Of a DNA stretch of 64,000 nucleotides, positions 1 to 12,515 are shown in pieces. The notes under the pieces were generated by a model. It was not told the DNA's origin. It made no database searches and saw only the letters and a program-made list of their open reading frames with translations. The translations under genes and the position numbers were made by a program. The stretch spans positions 49,228,001 through 49,292,000 of the forward strand of contig NC_043008.1 of the NCBI RefSeq assembly GCF_006345805.1. The letters run 5' to 3'. The DNA is from Octopus sinensis (lineage: Eukaryota). Position 1 is the stretch's first letter. Every line of letters begins with the position of its first letter.

Positions 1-594
1 CTAAATGTTATAACATCGCTCATCAATCTGTGTGGGTGGGTGGATGGGTATGCACGTGTAATTGTGTGTGACTGAGCGATTGTGCACGTGTAAGTGTGTG
101 TGACTGGGTGTGCGTGCGTGTGTGCATGCATGTGTTAGTGTGTGTGACTTTGAATGTGTGTGCGCATGTTAGTGTGTGTGACTGAATATGTTTAGGGTGC
201 GGTGTATACATATGTGGGAATGTGTGTGGGTGAATGTTTTTGTGTGTGTGTGGGTATAATACATGTGCGAGTGTGTTTGTGAGTATGTTGGTAGTTGGGT
301 GTGTGTGGACTAAATGATTGTATGTGTTTGTGGGTGTTTGTTAAGCATATACGTATATGTGTGTGTGTGTGTGTGTGAGTATGTGGGTAGGTGTAGGTGA
401 GTGTTGGTGTGTGTGCATATGCTTGTATGAAGGTGTATGTGAATATGTTGATTGTTACGTGTGTGTGAGTGTAAGAAAACAGTTCAACATCTCGACAAGG
501 CCCCAAATATCTTAGACCCACCAAAGGGGAACTCAAAACCCCCAAGATTGGGTTCTAAACGATTCTCAGTAAGAAAACTTACAGCAAAAGGGAT

Positions 595-1238
595 CCCTCT
601 CTCTCCCTTTCTCACTCTCTCCTCTTTCTCTTTCTTCCCCTACCTCCCTCTCTCTCTCTTGCTCTCTCTCCTTCTCTCTCTTCCTCCACTTTCTCTCCAT
701 CTCTCTTTCCCTGTCTCTTTCTTTCTTTCTCTCACTCTCTCTCCATCCTCTTTCTCACTCTCTTCTCTTTCTTCCCCCTGTCTCCCTCTCTCTTTTCCTC
801 CCTCTCCCTCTCCCCCTCTTTCTCTCTGTCTCTGCTTCTTTCTTTCTCTCACTCTCTCTCCCTCCTCTTTCTCTCTCTCTCTCCCCCTACATTTCTCTCT
901 CCCTCTACATCTCTCTTCCCCTGTCTTTCTCTTTCCCTATATCTCTCTCCTCTTGCTCTCTCTTTCTCCTCTTTCTCTTACTTCCCGCTCTCTCCCTCTC
1001 TTTTCCTCTCTCTCTCTTCCCCTCTGTCTCTCTCCTCTCTCCTCTTTCTCTTTCTCGTTCTCTCCTCTATCTCTTTCTTCCCCTATCTCCCTCTCTCTTT
1101 TCTTCTCTCTCCTTATCTCTCTGTATCTCCCTGTCTCTGTTTCTTCTTCTCACTCTCACTCCCTCCTCTTTCTCTCTCTCCCCCTTCTTTCTCTTTCCCT
1201 ATCTCTCCCTCTCTCTCTCTCCCTCTCCTTCTCCCTCC
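595..1238. repeat. CT-rich low-complexity tract (preceded by TG-rich tract 25-470)
   Basis: Direct inspection. Confidence 0.95.
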
Positions 1239-1695
1239 CACCTAAAACAAGTCCCTGGTGTTGTTGCGTAAAATGCAATAATATTGCCAGGCGGCAAAAC
1301 ATTGGTGTCATAAGGGGAGGGTTTGTGAAGGGTTCTCAAACATGTGGTAGACATGCTCCATTAACTGCAGAATATTAAGGTTACATGAACGACACAGCAG
1401 GAATGAGCTGAGATAAAAACTGGAGGCGTTTGCTCATTCGGTTTTGTTTTTTGTGTGTGTGTGTTTTTTCCATGTCGGCATGGGTTAGATGGATATATAT
1501 ATTCTTGAGGTATTGTTTTACAGCTGGATGCCCTTCCTGTCATCAACCCTTATCTGTTTCTCAAGTAAAGGATCTCTTATTTCACATTCCCTCGAAGGTG
1601 AAAAGGGAGCACAGGCTCAAACAAGCACACATGTACACACATATATGCATATACACACACATACATATATATATATGTGTGAGTGTGTGTGTGTG

Positions 1696-1751
<56 letters not shown>

Positions 1752-1847
1752 AGTATATATATATGTGTGTGTGTGTGTGTATATATGTGTGTGTATACAT
1801 ATGTATGTATGTATATATATATATATGTGTGTGTGTGTGTATTTATA

Positions 1848-2135
1848 TAGGCACAGGAGATTGCTTACCAACCACATGGTTCCAGGTTCAGTCCCACTGC
1901 ATAGCACCTTGGACAAGTATCTTCTACTCTAGTCCTGGGCCGACCAAAGCCTTGTGAATGGATTTGGTAGATGGAAACTGAAAGAAGCCTGTCATATGTG
2001 TGTGTTTGTGTGTCTGAATTTACAGCCCCCATAACTTAGTACTTTGGCAAAAACAACTGATAGAATAAGTACTAGGCTTACAGAGAATAAGACCTGGCGT
2101 CAGTTTGTTCGACTAAAGGTGATACCCCACATGGG
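1848..2135 (+). mobile_element. tRNA-derived SINE family A (composite), CpG-decayed
   Basis: B-box-like ggttcagtcc, ccttggacaag core; homologous to 15437, 36188 and 39878 copies. Confidence 0.8.
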
Positions 2136-2136
2136 C

Positions 2137-2895
2137 CATGAATACTGAGGACATGCACAGGCTTGAAAGAAATGAAGCCAGCATACTTTGCTGGATATGC
2201 AATGCCAGTGTGCATGCACAACAGAATGTAAGCACCCTGAGAGAAAAGTTAGGCATAAGAGGCATCCAAATTGGTGTGCAAGAGAGACGACTGTGCTGGT
2301 ATGGTTATGTGATGCATATGGACGAGGACAGCTGTGTAAAGAAGTGCTGATCTCTAACTGTAGAGGGAACCTGCAGTAGAGCTAGACCCAAGAAGACATG
2401 GGATGAGGTGGTGAAGCATGATCTTCAAACTTTCAGCCTCACGGAGGCAATGACTAGTGACTGAAACCTTTGGTGATATGCTGTGCTTGAGAAGACCTGG
2501 CAACTAAAAGTGAGATCACAACCATGCATTTCTGGCCCATTAAGAGTACTCCTGATGCATCGGGTGATATGATGTGCTTGAGAAGACCTGTTGAATCAAG
2601 TAAAACCAATATCATAGCTGTGGCCAGTGCCCTCTGACTGGATTCTGTGCTGGTGGCACGTGAAAAGCACCATCCAAATGTGGCTGATGCCAGTACCCAC
2701 TGACTGGCTCTTGTGCTGGTGGCATGTAAAAGCATCCACTACACTCTTGGAGCAGTTGACATTACGAACGGTATCCAGCTGCAGAAACATTGCCAGGTAA
2801 GACTGGAGCCTGGTGCAGCCACTGGCTCTCCAGTCCTCAGTCAAACCATCCATGGAAAATGGACATTAAACGAGGATGATGATGTTGATGATGAT
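2137..2895 (+). mobile_element. RTE-clade LINE 3' fragment with (GAT)n tail
   Basis: RLERNEASIL.W.CN...LREKLGIRGI...QERRLCWYG; homologous to 46690-47205. Confidence 0.85.
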
Positions 2896-3117
2896 ATGTA
2901 TGTATGTATGTATAGCACAGATGCCTTTTATGTGTCACCAACTCTGGCCACAAATATATGATTTCACTTAGCCTGGAGTGTCTTCCCAGGCACAGCAAAT
3001 AGTCAGATGTTTCGGTCTCTTGTCACTGCCCCATGAGATTGAACAACCGAAGATCATAGTTCACCACCTCACTCCACATCTCCATAAGTCTATCTCATCC
3101 AAAGATTCCTGCCATAG

Positions 3118-3232
3118 TTAAGAGATCAGCACTTTTTTTATGCAGATATCGTTGTTCATTTGCATCACATGGCCATACCAGCACAGTCTTCTCTCTTGCA
3201 CATCACATCTGATGCCGCTTATGCCCCATGGC
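3118..3232 (-). mobile_element. RTE LINE fragment
   Basis: GISGIRCDVQERRLCWYGHVMQM. Confidence 0.7.
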
Positions 3233-3829
3233 AGACAATCTAAGAAGAAGGAAATTGTGGCAAAGAAAAACCAAAGAAAGATTGGAATGAAGAGATAAAG
3301 AGGGTGGATTAGACGGAGATGATGAGTGCAACAAGCAGTGAGATGTTTTACTGGAGAAAGACCCATTCAAGCCGTGAAAACATGGGAAAACAGACGTCAA
3401 GTAACGCCGATTGGAGATTGTTTGTCATAGAGAAGTGATGTGCTGTATTTGACAACGTAAGACACACAGGGCTGAAGAGATGCACGCTCACTTCATTTGT
3501 GCATATTCAAGGGAAAAGGTTTTTAGTGCATTAGAGCATGTGATATAGGTCCAGCTTCGCATATAGTTACCCAGGGTTATTTTTCCGAGACATTTTCTTT
3601 CGAAAAAATGTCTTCTATGCAATCAAAATATGGTAATTATTATGTTCTGGTAGTTTTCTGAGCAAATGTGTTTTAGCAAGGGACATAACTCACACGGCTC
3701 AGCGCTTCTTGAGAAGTTGAATTTCTGACACAGATGGTGTGTGTGTGTCTGTGTTTGATAAATATTTACTATTATATCAAAATATAAGTTTGCTTTTTTT
3801 TTTGTATATATGCTTACACAGACACATTT

Positions 3830-4045
3830 TTGAAAAAATTTCCCTTAATTTCGTTTTTGCATTTGGTTTGCAAGATTCTTTATATGAGTTCGTGTGTTGA
3901 AGCATATTCTGTTGTGTCTGGGGAGAGTCCTTTTCTTTTTGTGCCTTATAATGTAACACACTCACCGGTAAAATTTCCACTTTTTTCTTATTTTTATTTT
4001 CCTAAAATTTTCGTTGCATCTTGCAACCTTTTCAATAGTCTTGAC
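3830..4045 (-). mobile_element. Penelope pLTR-like repeat with hammerhead-like motif at 4002-4038
   Basis: Near-identical copy at ~9890-10045; minus strand CTA-TTGAAAA-G-GTTGCA aga TGCAAC-GAAAATTT-TAG. Confidence 0.6.
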
Positions 4046-4069
4046 TCTCCCCATAATGTTTATTTCCAG

Positions 4070-4127
4070 AAAGTCGGTTCTAAAAACCTGGAGCTAATTC
4101 CAGAACTGGACTGTTACAACTGGGATG
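4070..4127 (+). CDS. NMRK1: Nicotinamide riboside kinase-like gene, internal coding exon (KVGSKNLELIPELDCYNWD); upstream exons not found in window
   Basis: Acceptor tatttccag| and donor |gtaagt; 58 nt, phase 0 to 1; joins next exon to give NWDVLSALD, cf. QYDVLEALN in vertebrate NRK1. Confidence 0.8.
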
Positions 4128-5184
4128 GTAAGTTTTAATTTTTTCTTTTTAAATTTTGTTTTAAATTCAAAACTAAGTTTTATTTTGCATCCATTTTTGT
4201 CTTCTCTCCTCCCTGGAATGTCCAACATAATTGAAATAAAAGATAATAAAAAATACTTGGATAATTATCAGGAATTGTCATAGAGTGTGTTTTACAGCAA
4301 GATTGCATTTTCTAACAATAACTAATTAGTGCTAATTAAACATATCGTAATCTATCATTAGATAAGGAATATTCATTACAAACGAACCTACACATAGACA
4401 CACACACCACTTGTAACCACATAAACATACCACTTATAAACACACACACACCCACACACACATTTGACCCTAAATAAATTCTAAATATTATTACCAGACC
4501 CCCAAACTGCTCTCATTGCCTTTCCTCTTATGACCCCCACTGTGGAATTATTTTCTGTTGTTTTTTTCCATGAAACCTTGAGCAGATTTGAACTCAAGAT
4601 TCAAAGCTGCCAGTTAACAAAACCCTCATCACTGATATAGTGCTCCTGCTGTTTACTGCAATGAAACATTATCACCTTGTAGTACTCATTTTCATCTCAG
4701 TGGATTGGACCATCGAGTGGTGGTCATGGTGTTAGTGGTGGTGGTGTTGGGGAGCTCTGTATTTACTATGGACTCAGTGAAATATCAGTGTTAGTAGGTG
4801 AAGTGTTGAGCTTTAACTGACTCATGAGTCATTGACTCAGTTATGACTCTTTGATTTTAATGGAGATGAAAACCCAAGATATTAAGGGGAAAAGATTTGC
4901 AAAAGCATTACAACCAAAGGGCAGATTCTTGGAAAGAAGAATTGGCCAAATGACACACAGACAGAAAGGAGACAAGATAACCTTAAAAAACTTAATTAGT
5001 TTTCAAAGCTTAAAATAGCCGGATAATTAATTCTACTCTCCCCACCTCCCCAAACATTTGTAGCCTTATGTTGTCAAGTGCATTTGTACCGAATGCCTAG
5101 CACTTTCAGTCTTGTATCTGTCATTAAAAATACTTGAGATTTGAGTCGTTAATAAGTTTCTTAAATAAACAATATAATAGATGC

Positions 5185-5450
5185 AGGCATGGATGGCTGT
5201 GTGGTTAAGAAGTCCACTCCGCAACTAAATGGTCTCAGGTTCAGTCTTACTGTGCAACACCTTAGGCAAGTGTCTTTCTACTACACTTCCAAGCCAACCA
5301 ATTTGGTAGAGTTTCCGTCTACCAAGTCCACTCACAAGGTTTGGTCAGCCCGAGGCTATAGTAGAAGACACTTGCCCAAGGTGCCATGCAGTGGGACTGA
5401 ACCCAGAACCATGTAGTTTGTAAGCAAGCTATTTACCACACAGCCACTCC
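5185..5450. mobile_element. Two SINE family A pieces in opposite orientation
   Basis: + head 5185-5300 abutting a - copy 5310-5450. Confidence 0.7.
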
Positions 5451-5796
5451 ACTATTTTTCTGTTTTCCTGAGCTTACCCTTAAGGTACTGGGTCTGTTTA
5501 ACGCTTAAACAGTGGGTATTGGGTCATGTGACATCAGAGCCTATCCACATGTCGATTGTCCTGTGTGACACATGTCTAGGACCCAGCTCCCCTCTGGGTC
5601 CTGTATTTCTTAGTCACACATTAGTGAATCTTCTGTTATTTATCCTACAACTAGGGACCCTGATAGGTACAACCATCCCAGGCCAGAGTTGACCTGGGAT
5701 TAGGGAGTGCCTATGGGGTTAACCCCATACTACGTTATACTCTGAAACGCCCAAGCTGGAGCCTCTCTACTGGATTAAATTTAAAGCCATATTTAA

Positions 5797-6013
5797 CCCT
5801 TTAGCATTCAAACTGGTCACATCCAGACCAAATATTCTCCACATTTTTGTGTTCAAATTGAACAAGATCAGGCTTCTCACACCTACCTTGCAATGTCATT
5901 CTGAAAATAAACAATCACGTCATCAAAATCTCAAATCTCATGAGATAATACTTGATTAATTCAAAACAATGTGAATAAATAAGCATTACATTTGACAGAG
6001 GAATCTGAATGCT
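5797..6013. mobile_element. TTAA/CCC-ended MITE (piggyBac-like); related copy 56554-56768
   Basis: ttaa|ccctttagcattca ... tgaatgct; second copy ttaa|cccgttagcattt ... tgaatgctaa. Confidence 0.55.
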
Positions 6014-6050
6014 TAATGATAGATACGTAAAACTCTGTCTATACTTAATA

Positions 6051-6443
6051 CTAGCAGTATCGCCCGGCATTGCTCAGGTTTGTTTTGACCCTTTAGAATT
6101 GGAATTTTTGAAAAGTAAAAATTTTGCATTATGTAGCTTGTTATTCTCTTTGAGGGAACATTTTTCTGGTTGAAATACACCAAAAAATAGCGACACAGCA
6201 GTCAAAAAATCGTAAAAAATAGGGATTTTCATAGAAAAAAAGCACCTTTTTGATGTAAATAATTGTTGGTGTTAACATGGTCCGATTTGAATTTTTTTCT
6301 TCTACGGAAGGAAGAGCAAGCCTTCTTCTATCATACTCTCAATTTTGGTCAACTTGCGCCGCAGGGTCTCAGAGGAGACAGTGTTAGTTGAAGGCTACCA
6401 AACCTGCCATACACAGACAACTTCAGCTTTACATATAGAGAGA
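6051..6443 (-). mobile_element. Complete non-autonomous Helitron
   Basis: Minus strand A|TC...CTAG|T termini, GC-rich subterminal hairpin (cctgagcaatgccggg), no TSD. Confidence 0.8.
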
Positions 6444-6596
6444 TTATGCAATTAAAAGTCATATTTAATGATAGATCACTAAAAATCATATTTAATGTTA
6501 TATAGCTAAAATTCTGCTTATGTCTTATGCCGTATAATTAAAACCCTGTTCCATAATCGTGTAATCCATTATAACTTCTCAATATTTTCAAACTAG

Positions 6597-6720
6597 TCCT
6601 TTCAGCTCTTGATACTGATAAAATGGTCACTGATATCAACCAACAAGCTTCTTCATTAGCACAGACAGACAAAACAGTGCACCTCCTTCTGGTTGATGGA
6701 TTCCTTATATTTAACCATAG
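6597..6720 (+). CDS. NMRK1: NMRK-like coding exon (VLSALDTDKMVTDINQQASSLAQTDKTVHLLLVDGFLIFNH)
   Basis: Acceptor aactag|, donor catag|gtaagt; 124 nt, phase 1 to 2; LLVDGFLIFN matches NRK motif ILIIEGFLLFN. Confidence 0.9.
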
Positions 6721-6807
6721 GTAAGTAAACTTACTAAAGTAGAACTAGATAACAAGGCCTAAATGTTCTTTCTGCTGTAGACACAAGGCTTGGCGGGGGG
6801 GGGGGGT

Positions 6808-7128
6808 ACAGACTACTAAAAGACAAAATTGCAAGAATGTGAGCAATGAGGAGAATAACTGTTATCCCAGAGTAAGGGCACTTGGAGCACTGTTGAAGAA
6901 ACTGGAATTGCCATGAGGGCAGAGCAGGCCTGAAAAAGCTTTATTGGGGACAGCTAGGATTTTGAGATTGTTTTTTGGGGTGTTGAGTGTCTTTCACAAT
7001 AAGTTAACATCCAGGTACCAAAGCTTATAGTGTGGAAAGAGACAACAGTTTGCTGTCCATTCCCACTGAATAAACCACAGCAAGTAAGATCAGGAGCTCT
7101 GAGAAATAAAATGATGATGATGATGATG
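6808..7128 (+). mobile_element. 3' end of an RLE-type (R4/Dong-like) non-LTR retrotransposon
   Basis: Degenerate KDKIARM*AMRRITVIP..GALGA...LLGTARILR, then 3' UTR and (TGA)n tail. Confidence 0.7.
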
Positions 7129-7236
7129 GTTTCATTGTGGGGGCAGTGCTAATTGGTATAAGGACAGATGAAATACTGCTGAACATTCCACCCAGCATGC
7201 TAACGATTCTGCCTTTTCAATAATAATAATAATAAT

Positions 7237-7448
7237 CCTTTCTACTAGAAGCACAAGGCCTCAAATTTGGGGAAAGGGATTAAATCAGTTACATCAACCC
7301 CAGTGTGTAACTGGTACTTGTTTAATCGACCCCAAAAGGATGAAAGGCAAACTCAACCACGGTGGAATTTGAACTCAGAACGTAGTAGCAGATGAAATAC
7401 TGCTAAGCATTTCACCCGGCGTGCTAACAATTCTGCCAGCTCACCACA
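7237..7448 (-). mobile_element. SINE family B (gagctggcagaa head; gcctttcatcctttcggggtcga core)
   Basis: Homologous to copies at 19112, 21155, 29522, 33880, 43522. Confidence 0.8.
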
Positions 7449-8254
7449 TTCGACAATAATAATAATAATAATAATGATGATGATAATGATAATGATGAGC
7501 TTATTGTATACAGTACTCAGGTATATTTCAACTCATTGGCAAAAGGTCGAAAGAGGGGACAGAAAGCAGGCATATAATTCAAGTAAAGGAAGATGGTTTC
7601 AAGTTGGCATCTGTTTCATTAATGTATGCAGCAAATGATAGGGGACCAAGAAGAGATCCCTGTAGAACAACAGATATTATCACATAAGGTGTAGAATGTT
7701 CTGGTTGCATGACCATCTCCTTTTAACTAAGAATAAAGGACATTAACCAGTTATACATATATATTTAATTTGCTTTGCAGGAAGGACCGTTTTAACGAAG
7801 TCATGTCTTGTCCCAACATTCAAAACGCAGAGTAGATAAAACAGGGGACAACTGATGAAGGGATTGTTCTTTATGTTGCCTGTCTTGTTTCTCTATTTGT
7901 TTCTTTCGTTGTTTGAAAAAAATTTGTTTTCCATGCTTTTGTTTTTTATGTTCTTGTTTTTCATTTTATTCTTTTTATTTTGACATCCTGTACCCATATA
8001 TGCATGTATATATACATATATATGTAGGTATGAACATATATGTATGTATATATGCATATATATATATATATATATCCATCCAACCCATGCTAGCATAGAC
8101 AATGGATGTTAGATGATGATGATGATGATGATGATAATGATGATATATTTTCTATGTGTATGTCTGCGTGCATGTCTGTAGTATGTATAGGGAAGGCTGG
8201 AGGGAGAGTGTGGTATACAAACCAGTATCTTATTCTATCTTGTTTTATTTCTAG

Positions 8255-8326
8255 ACCCCTGAGTGAAATGTTTGACAGGAAATATTTCCTCACTGTCTCA
8301 AAAGATGTCTGTATAGAAAGACGAAG
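8255..8326 (+). CDS. NMRK1: NMRK-like coding exon (RPLSEMFDRKYFLTVSKDVCIERR)
   Basis: Acceptor atttctag|, donor gaag|gtaagc; 72 nt, phase 2 to 2; matches NRK1 KPL...SYFLTIPYEECKRRR. Confidence 0.9.
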
Positions 8327-9889
8327 GTAAGCAAGGATCTTTCATTTTTTGAGGTTTCTACCCAAAATCTATTGCTTTAGAATAGAATTTCAAACAAACA
8401 TAAATCTCTGTGTGTTTGTGTGTGTGTATGTAATATAAATGCAGGCATGTTTGTGTGGTAAGAAGCTTGCACTCAACCACATGGTTCTGGGTTCAGTCCC
8501 ACTGTGTTGCACCTTGGGCAAGTGTCTTCTACTACGTGTGTGTGTGTATATATATATATAGTGAGGAGAGAAGGTAGCACCCATCCCTTTTGAATGCCCT
8601 TAAGAGTGGTCTTAGGAACAGGACCTGACCTGAATGCTTGAAGCAAGAACTTTGAGGCTGTGCTAAATCAGGTGATAGTTGAAGTCTCCCAAAAAGGTCA
8701 CAGGCCAAGATTTGAACCCAAACCACAAGAACTCAATTTACATGTCACAATTTTTTCTGATGTTCTAACAAACCAACGTATAGCATTTCAGTAATCAATG
8801 GCTAATTCTAATGTCTATGTCTGTAAGTTTCATATTGCAAAAGGGACTTCTGACAAAAGGGACTTCTGACAAAAGGGACGTCTGAAAACGCTATTTGTAA
8901 GATGAAAACTGAAACTAAATTTCGACACCGACCTCAACGCTGTTTAAAAAAGAAATACAAAAATGATGGTTAGAAGAAGGGGACATAATCTTTACACATT
9001 ATGTTTAGGCTGAGTTATCTCCCTTGTATTAGTTAAACGCATAATGGCAGTCTTGAAATCTTTAAAAATCTGTGCCTGTAAGTTGCAGCCTTTCACTCAA
9101 GGAGAGAATCTGTTTGGATTCACCTGAGATAATAACACCCTGCAATCTCCCTTCATTTTTATTCTGGCCACTATACTGTCCCTGCAAGAAACCTGTCCCT
9201 GCTACCTTCTGCTATGCTTTTCAACATCTGGCATAAATCCTTTTCCTTCTTTACTGTAAATCCCACTCATTTGAAGGGAATCTTAATCTTCCGAGCTACA
9301 TGGCGACCTCCACCTCACGAAGTGTTGGTGCCACAAAAAAAAAATAAGAAGAAGAAAAGCACCTAACCTTAGAAACTATAACAAGCAGACATTGGAACAT
9401 GATGCAGTCCTCTGATTCACTGGATCCTGTCAAACTGGTCAACTCATACCAACATGAAAGATGCATATTAAATGATGATGATGATGATGATGGAGTATGA
9501 CCAGAACCACGAGGCATCTTCTGAGCATTTGATGATATTTATTTCGTCAGTTCTCTTACTTCAAACTGCTGTTGAACATTTGCTGTATTCAAAGTCCTTC
9601 TTTTCTGCCAATCTGGCCATGATTCCACTGCATCTATGATTGTGCATCCATAATTTATTCTGATCCCATCCTATGGTATTCCTCCCAACACTTTCACTGC
9701 ATACCGAGCATACTCACGGACCAGATTGCAGTTGAGTGCTGTCTTCCTTCCTGCTAAGAGAAGATTCTGTCTTTGCTAAGACGTGTGTGTCTGTGTATGT
9801 GTGTGTGTGTGTGTGTCCACGTGTGTGTATGTATTGCCAATTTTAGCATATTTTCTAAATTTACACAAAATTCTTTTGTTTAAATAAAC

Positions 9890-10045
9890 TTGTTTGAATA
9901 TTCTGTTGTGTCTGGTGAGAGTCATTTTTCTTTTTGTGCCTTATAATGTAACACACTCACCGGTAAAATTTCCACTTTTTTCTTATTTTTATTTTCCTGA
10001 AATTTTCGTTGCATCTTGCAACCTTTTCAATAGTCTTGACTCTTG
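9890..10045 (-). mobile_element. Second copy of the Penelope pLTR-like repeat (hammerhead-like motif 9997-10033)
   Basis: Aligns by eye with 3900-4045. Confidence 0.6.
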
Positions 10046-10313
10046 AATATTTCTGTCAGTTTATTTTTTGATAAAAAAAACGATGGTTTCTATTCCTCAG
10101 AGGAGAATGCTTCTTTTTATTATTTTTATTTTACGTTTGCTTTTCCTGTTGTATTCTTTCTTTTGCTTGCCTTTTTTGTCTTTTACCATTTATATTACTA
10201 CAATACTGAAGTGTATTAAGCTTGTGTCCTATACTATGATAAAACCCAAATATATCACACACACAATTAATTTCCAGTCGATACCCAAACCACATTTATC
10301 TTTCTCTCGCCAG

Positions 10314-10417
10314 CAATCGTGTTTATGACCCTCCTGACTGTGACGGATACTTTGAAAAAATAGCATGGCCCTATTATCTTAAAAACTTGGAAGCGATTTC
10401 AGATCAAAAAGATATTG
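10314..10417 (+). CDS. NMRK1: NMRK-like coding exon (SNRVYDPPDCDGYFEKIAWPYYLKNLEAISDQKDI)
   Basis: Acceptor ctttctctcgccag|, donor attg|gtaaga; 104 nt, phase 2 to 1; RVYxPPDxxGYF..xWPxY is an NRK signature. Confidence 0.93.
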
Positions 10418-10598
10418 GTAAGATAAAAGGTTTTTATATTAACAAGTTCATTAATGTATTAAATTAACAAAGTCATTAAAGAGTTGGTGTGAATGCCTTG
10501 TGGTTTTTGCTTGGGTCTCTGCTCTCAGGGTTCAAGTCTTGATGAAGTCAACTTTGCCTTCCATCCTTGGTTGGGTCAATAAATATCCTTCAAATACT

Positions 10599-10634
<36 letters not shown>

Positions 10635-11658
10635 ATGAAGAACACCAGCCTTGAATCCTGCCATGCAATTTCCAGGGCAGGTCCCATGGTGTTTGTTCTC
10701 ATACACAGTGCTTAGAGAATAGTTATCAGGTCTTTTCTTGTAGGTTTCGACTGACACAGGCTGGTGTGTTGTTTCACAAAAAAGGGAGCTCTGTCTTTCA
10801 TTCACCTCACTGAAATATGTGAAGCCATTAGACATAATGGGAGTTAGGAAAAACAATGGGATTTATGTAAATAATTAACTTCTCTCTCTCTCTCTCTCAA
10901 TTCACAACTTTTCTTGCAGCTATAAATTTTTTTGCCCCCCCTCCCAAAGTTTTTTTTTTTGCAATAACTTTTACTACCCCACAACCACCAACACCACTCC
11001 CATCCTCCAACATCACCATCACCCCTACGGCTAAGGTTCACTGCAACAAGACACTACAGCTCAAACAGTTGAACTAAGCTTCAAGGGAGATAACTTAACA
11101 GAATTACTTCCCTTCGCTTTTCACTCTTTAAAATAAACTAATGGTAATCTCGAAAAGTTTACAGTTGCTTCCGAACAAAAACGTTTTGCTGTGAATTCCG
11201 TTTTGAAATACTTAATTTTTGTATTTGATTTGCAAGATTCGTGATGTGAAATCATTCGTTCAATTTCATTTTATTGTATCTAAGGAGGGTCATTTTGCCA
11301 ATGAGAAACACACACTGGTTCTGTTTCACTTCTCTTATTATCATTCTTGTTAGTCAACTTGTTAAACATTTAGCCAATTAATTATTTGATTGTTTTAGTT
11401 ATTAGAATGAAAGATGAAGAGAGTCATAAAGTTCTCATTTGATCCACACCATCCCAAAATTAAGCAAAGTGACTGGGCTTGAATTTCTATAAATGTACTC
11501 AATACACACACAGAGTCCATTTGCAAAGGTAAAAACTCTAACCACAAAATAAATAGATAAGTAAACAGAAACCACACTACACACAAACACATACACATAC
11601 ACACACACATTCTATCTCACATGCTTACTCACAGAAGCCACACTGGAACACACACATG

Positions 11659-11719
<61 letters not shown>

Positions 11720-12288
11720 ATCTCTCTAGATATTATCATCATCACTATTTAACGCCTGTTTTTCCATGCTGGCATGGGTTGGACGGCATGGCAGGGGTGC
11801 TGGCAAGTCAAAAGACTGCACCAGGCTTCACTGTCTGTTTTGGCAGGGTTTTTACAGCTGGGTGCCCTTTCCTGACACCAACCACCTTATAGAGTGGACT
11901 GAGTACTTTTTACAGGGCACCAGCTCTGGTGAGGTCTGTCTTGGTATGGTTTTTACAGCTGGGGTCCTATTATATAATTATAGAATTGGTAAGCTAGGAG
12001 ACAGGCAAACCTGGAGCAGAGAGGACATTCCTGTTGACGAGGTCGTGAATAATGACAAAAGAACTTTGACGAAGGTAATTAGCTGATTGATTGATTGATT
12101 AAATGATTAATCAAACCATCGATTAGTTAATTGGTTAAATGGTTAACTTAGTGTGTAGTAATTATAAAAGAAGTGAAATACAACCAGTGTTTATTACTGG
12201 TATAATGACCCACCCAAAATACAACGAAACCTTTTTTAAAATCTGTTGTCTAAATTCTCATGATATATTCTTTTTTTTTTTATTTCAG

Positions 12289-12386
12289 TTTACCACGACA
12301 GTGATTCTAATTTCTTACAAATATTTGAAACAATTAAAGACGACATCGCTAATTTACTAAACACAAAAGAAAGAGATCTTTGTTGA
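12289..12386 (+). CDS. NMRK1: NMRK-like terminal coding exon (VYHDSDSNFLQIFETIKDDIANLLNTKERDLC*)
   Basis: Poly-T tract plus tttcag|; phase fits previous exon; resembles NRK1 C-terminus VYLDG..EEDLFLQVYEDL; TGA at 12384-12386. Confidence 0.8.
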
Positions 12387-12515
12387 CACCTCACCATCAT
12401 AAGAAACATATTTAAAGTTCTCTAGATTTTTTTTTGTCCTAATTTTTCAAAAATTTTAGTTTTTTAAACTGAATAATTTCTATCTTTTTTTTTTGCAGTT
12501 TATCCAGTTTTTGTA

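Noticed and set aside
1285-1312. GGKT as the missing NMRK P-loop exon
   Set aside because: In-frame stop four codons later and no matching context
452-1378. 308-aa Leu/Ser-rich ORF and many similar HTHT/YIYI/CVCV ORFs
   Set aside because: Translations of microsatellites; no domain signal
8838-8890. Three tandem copies of aaagggacttctgac
   Set aside because: Probably a transposon subterminal repeat remnant; no termini found
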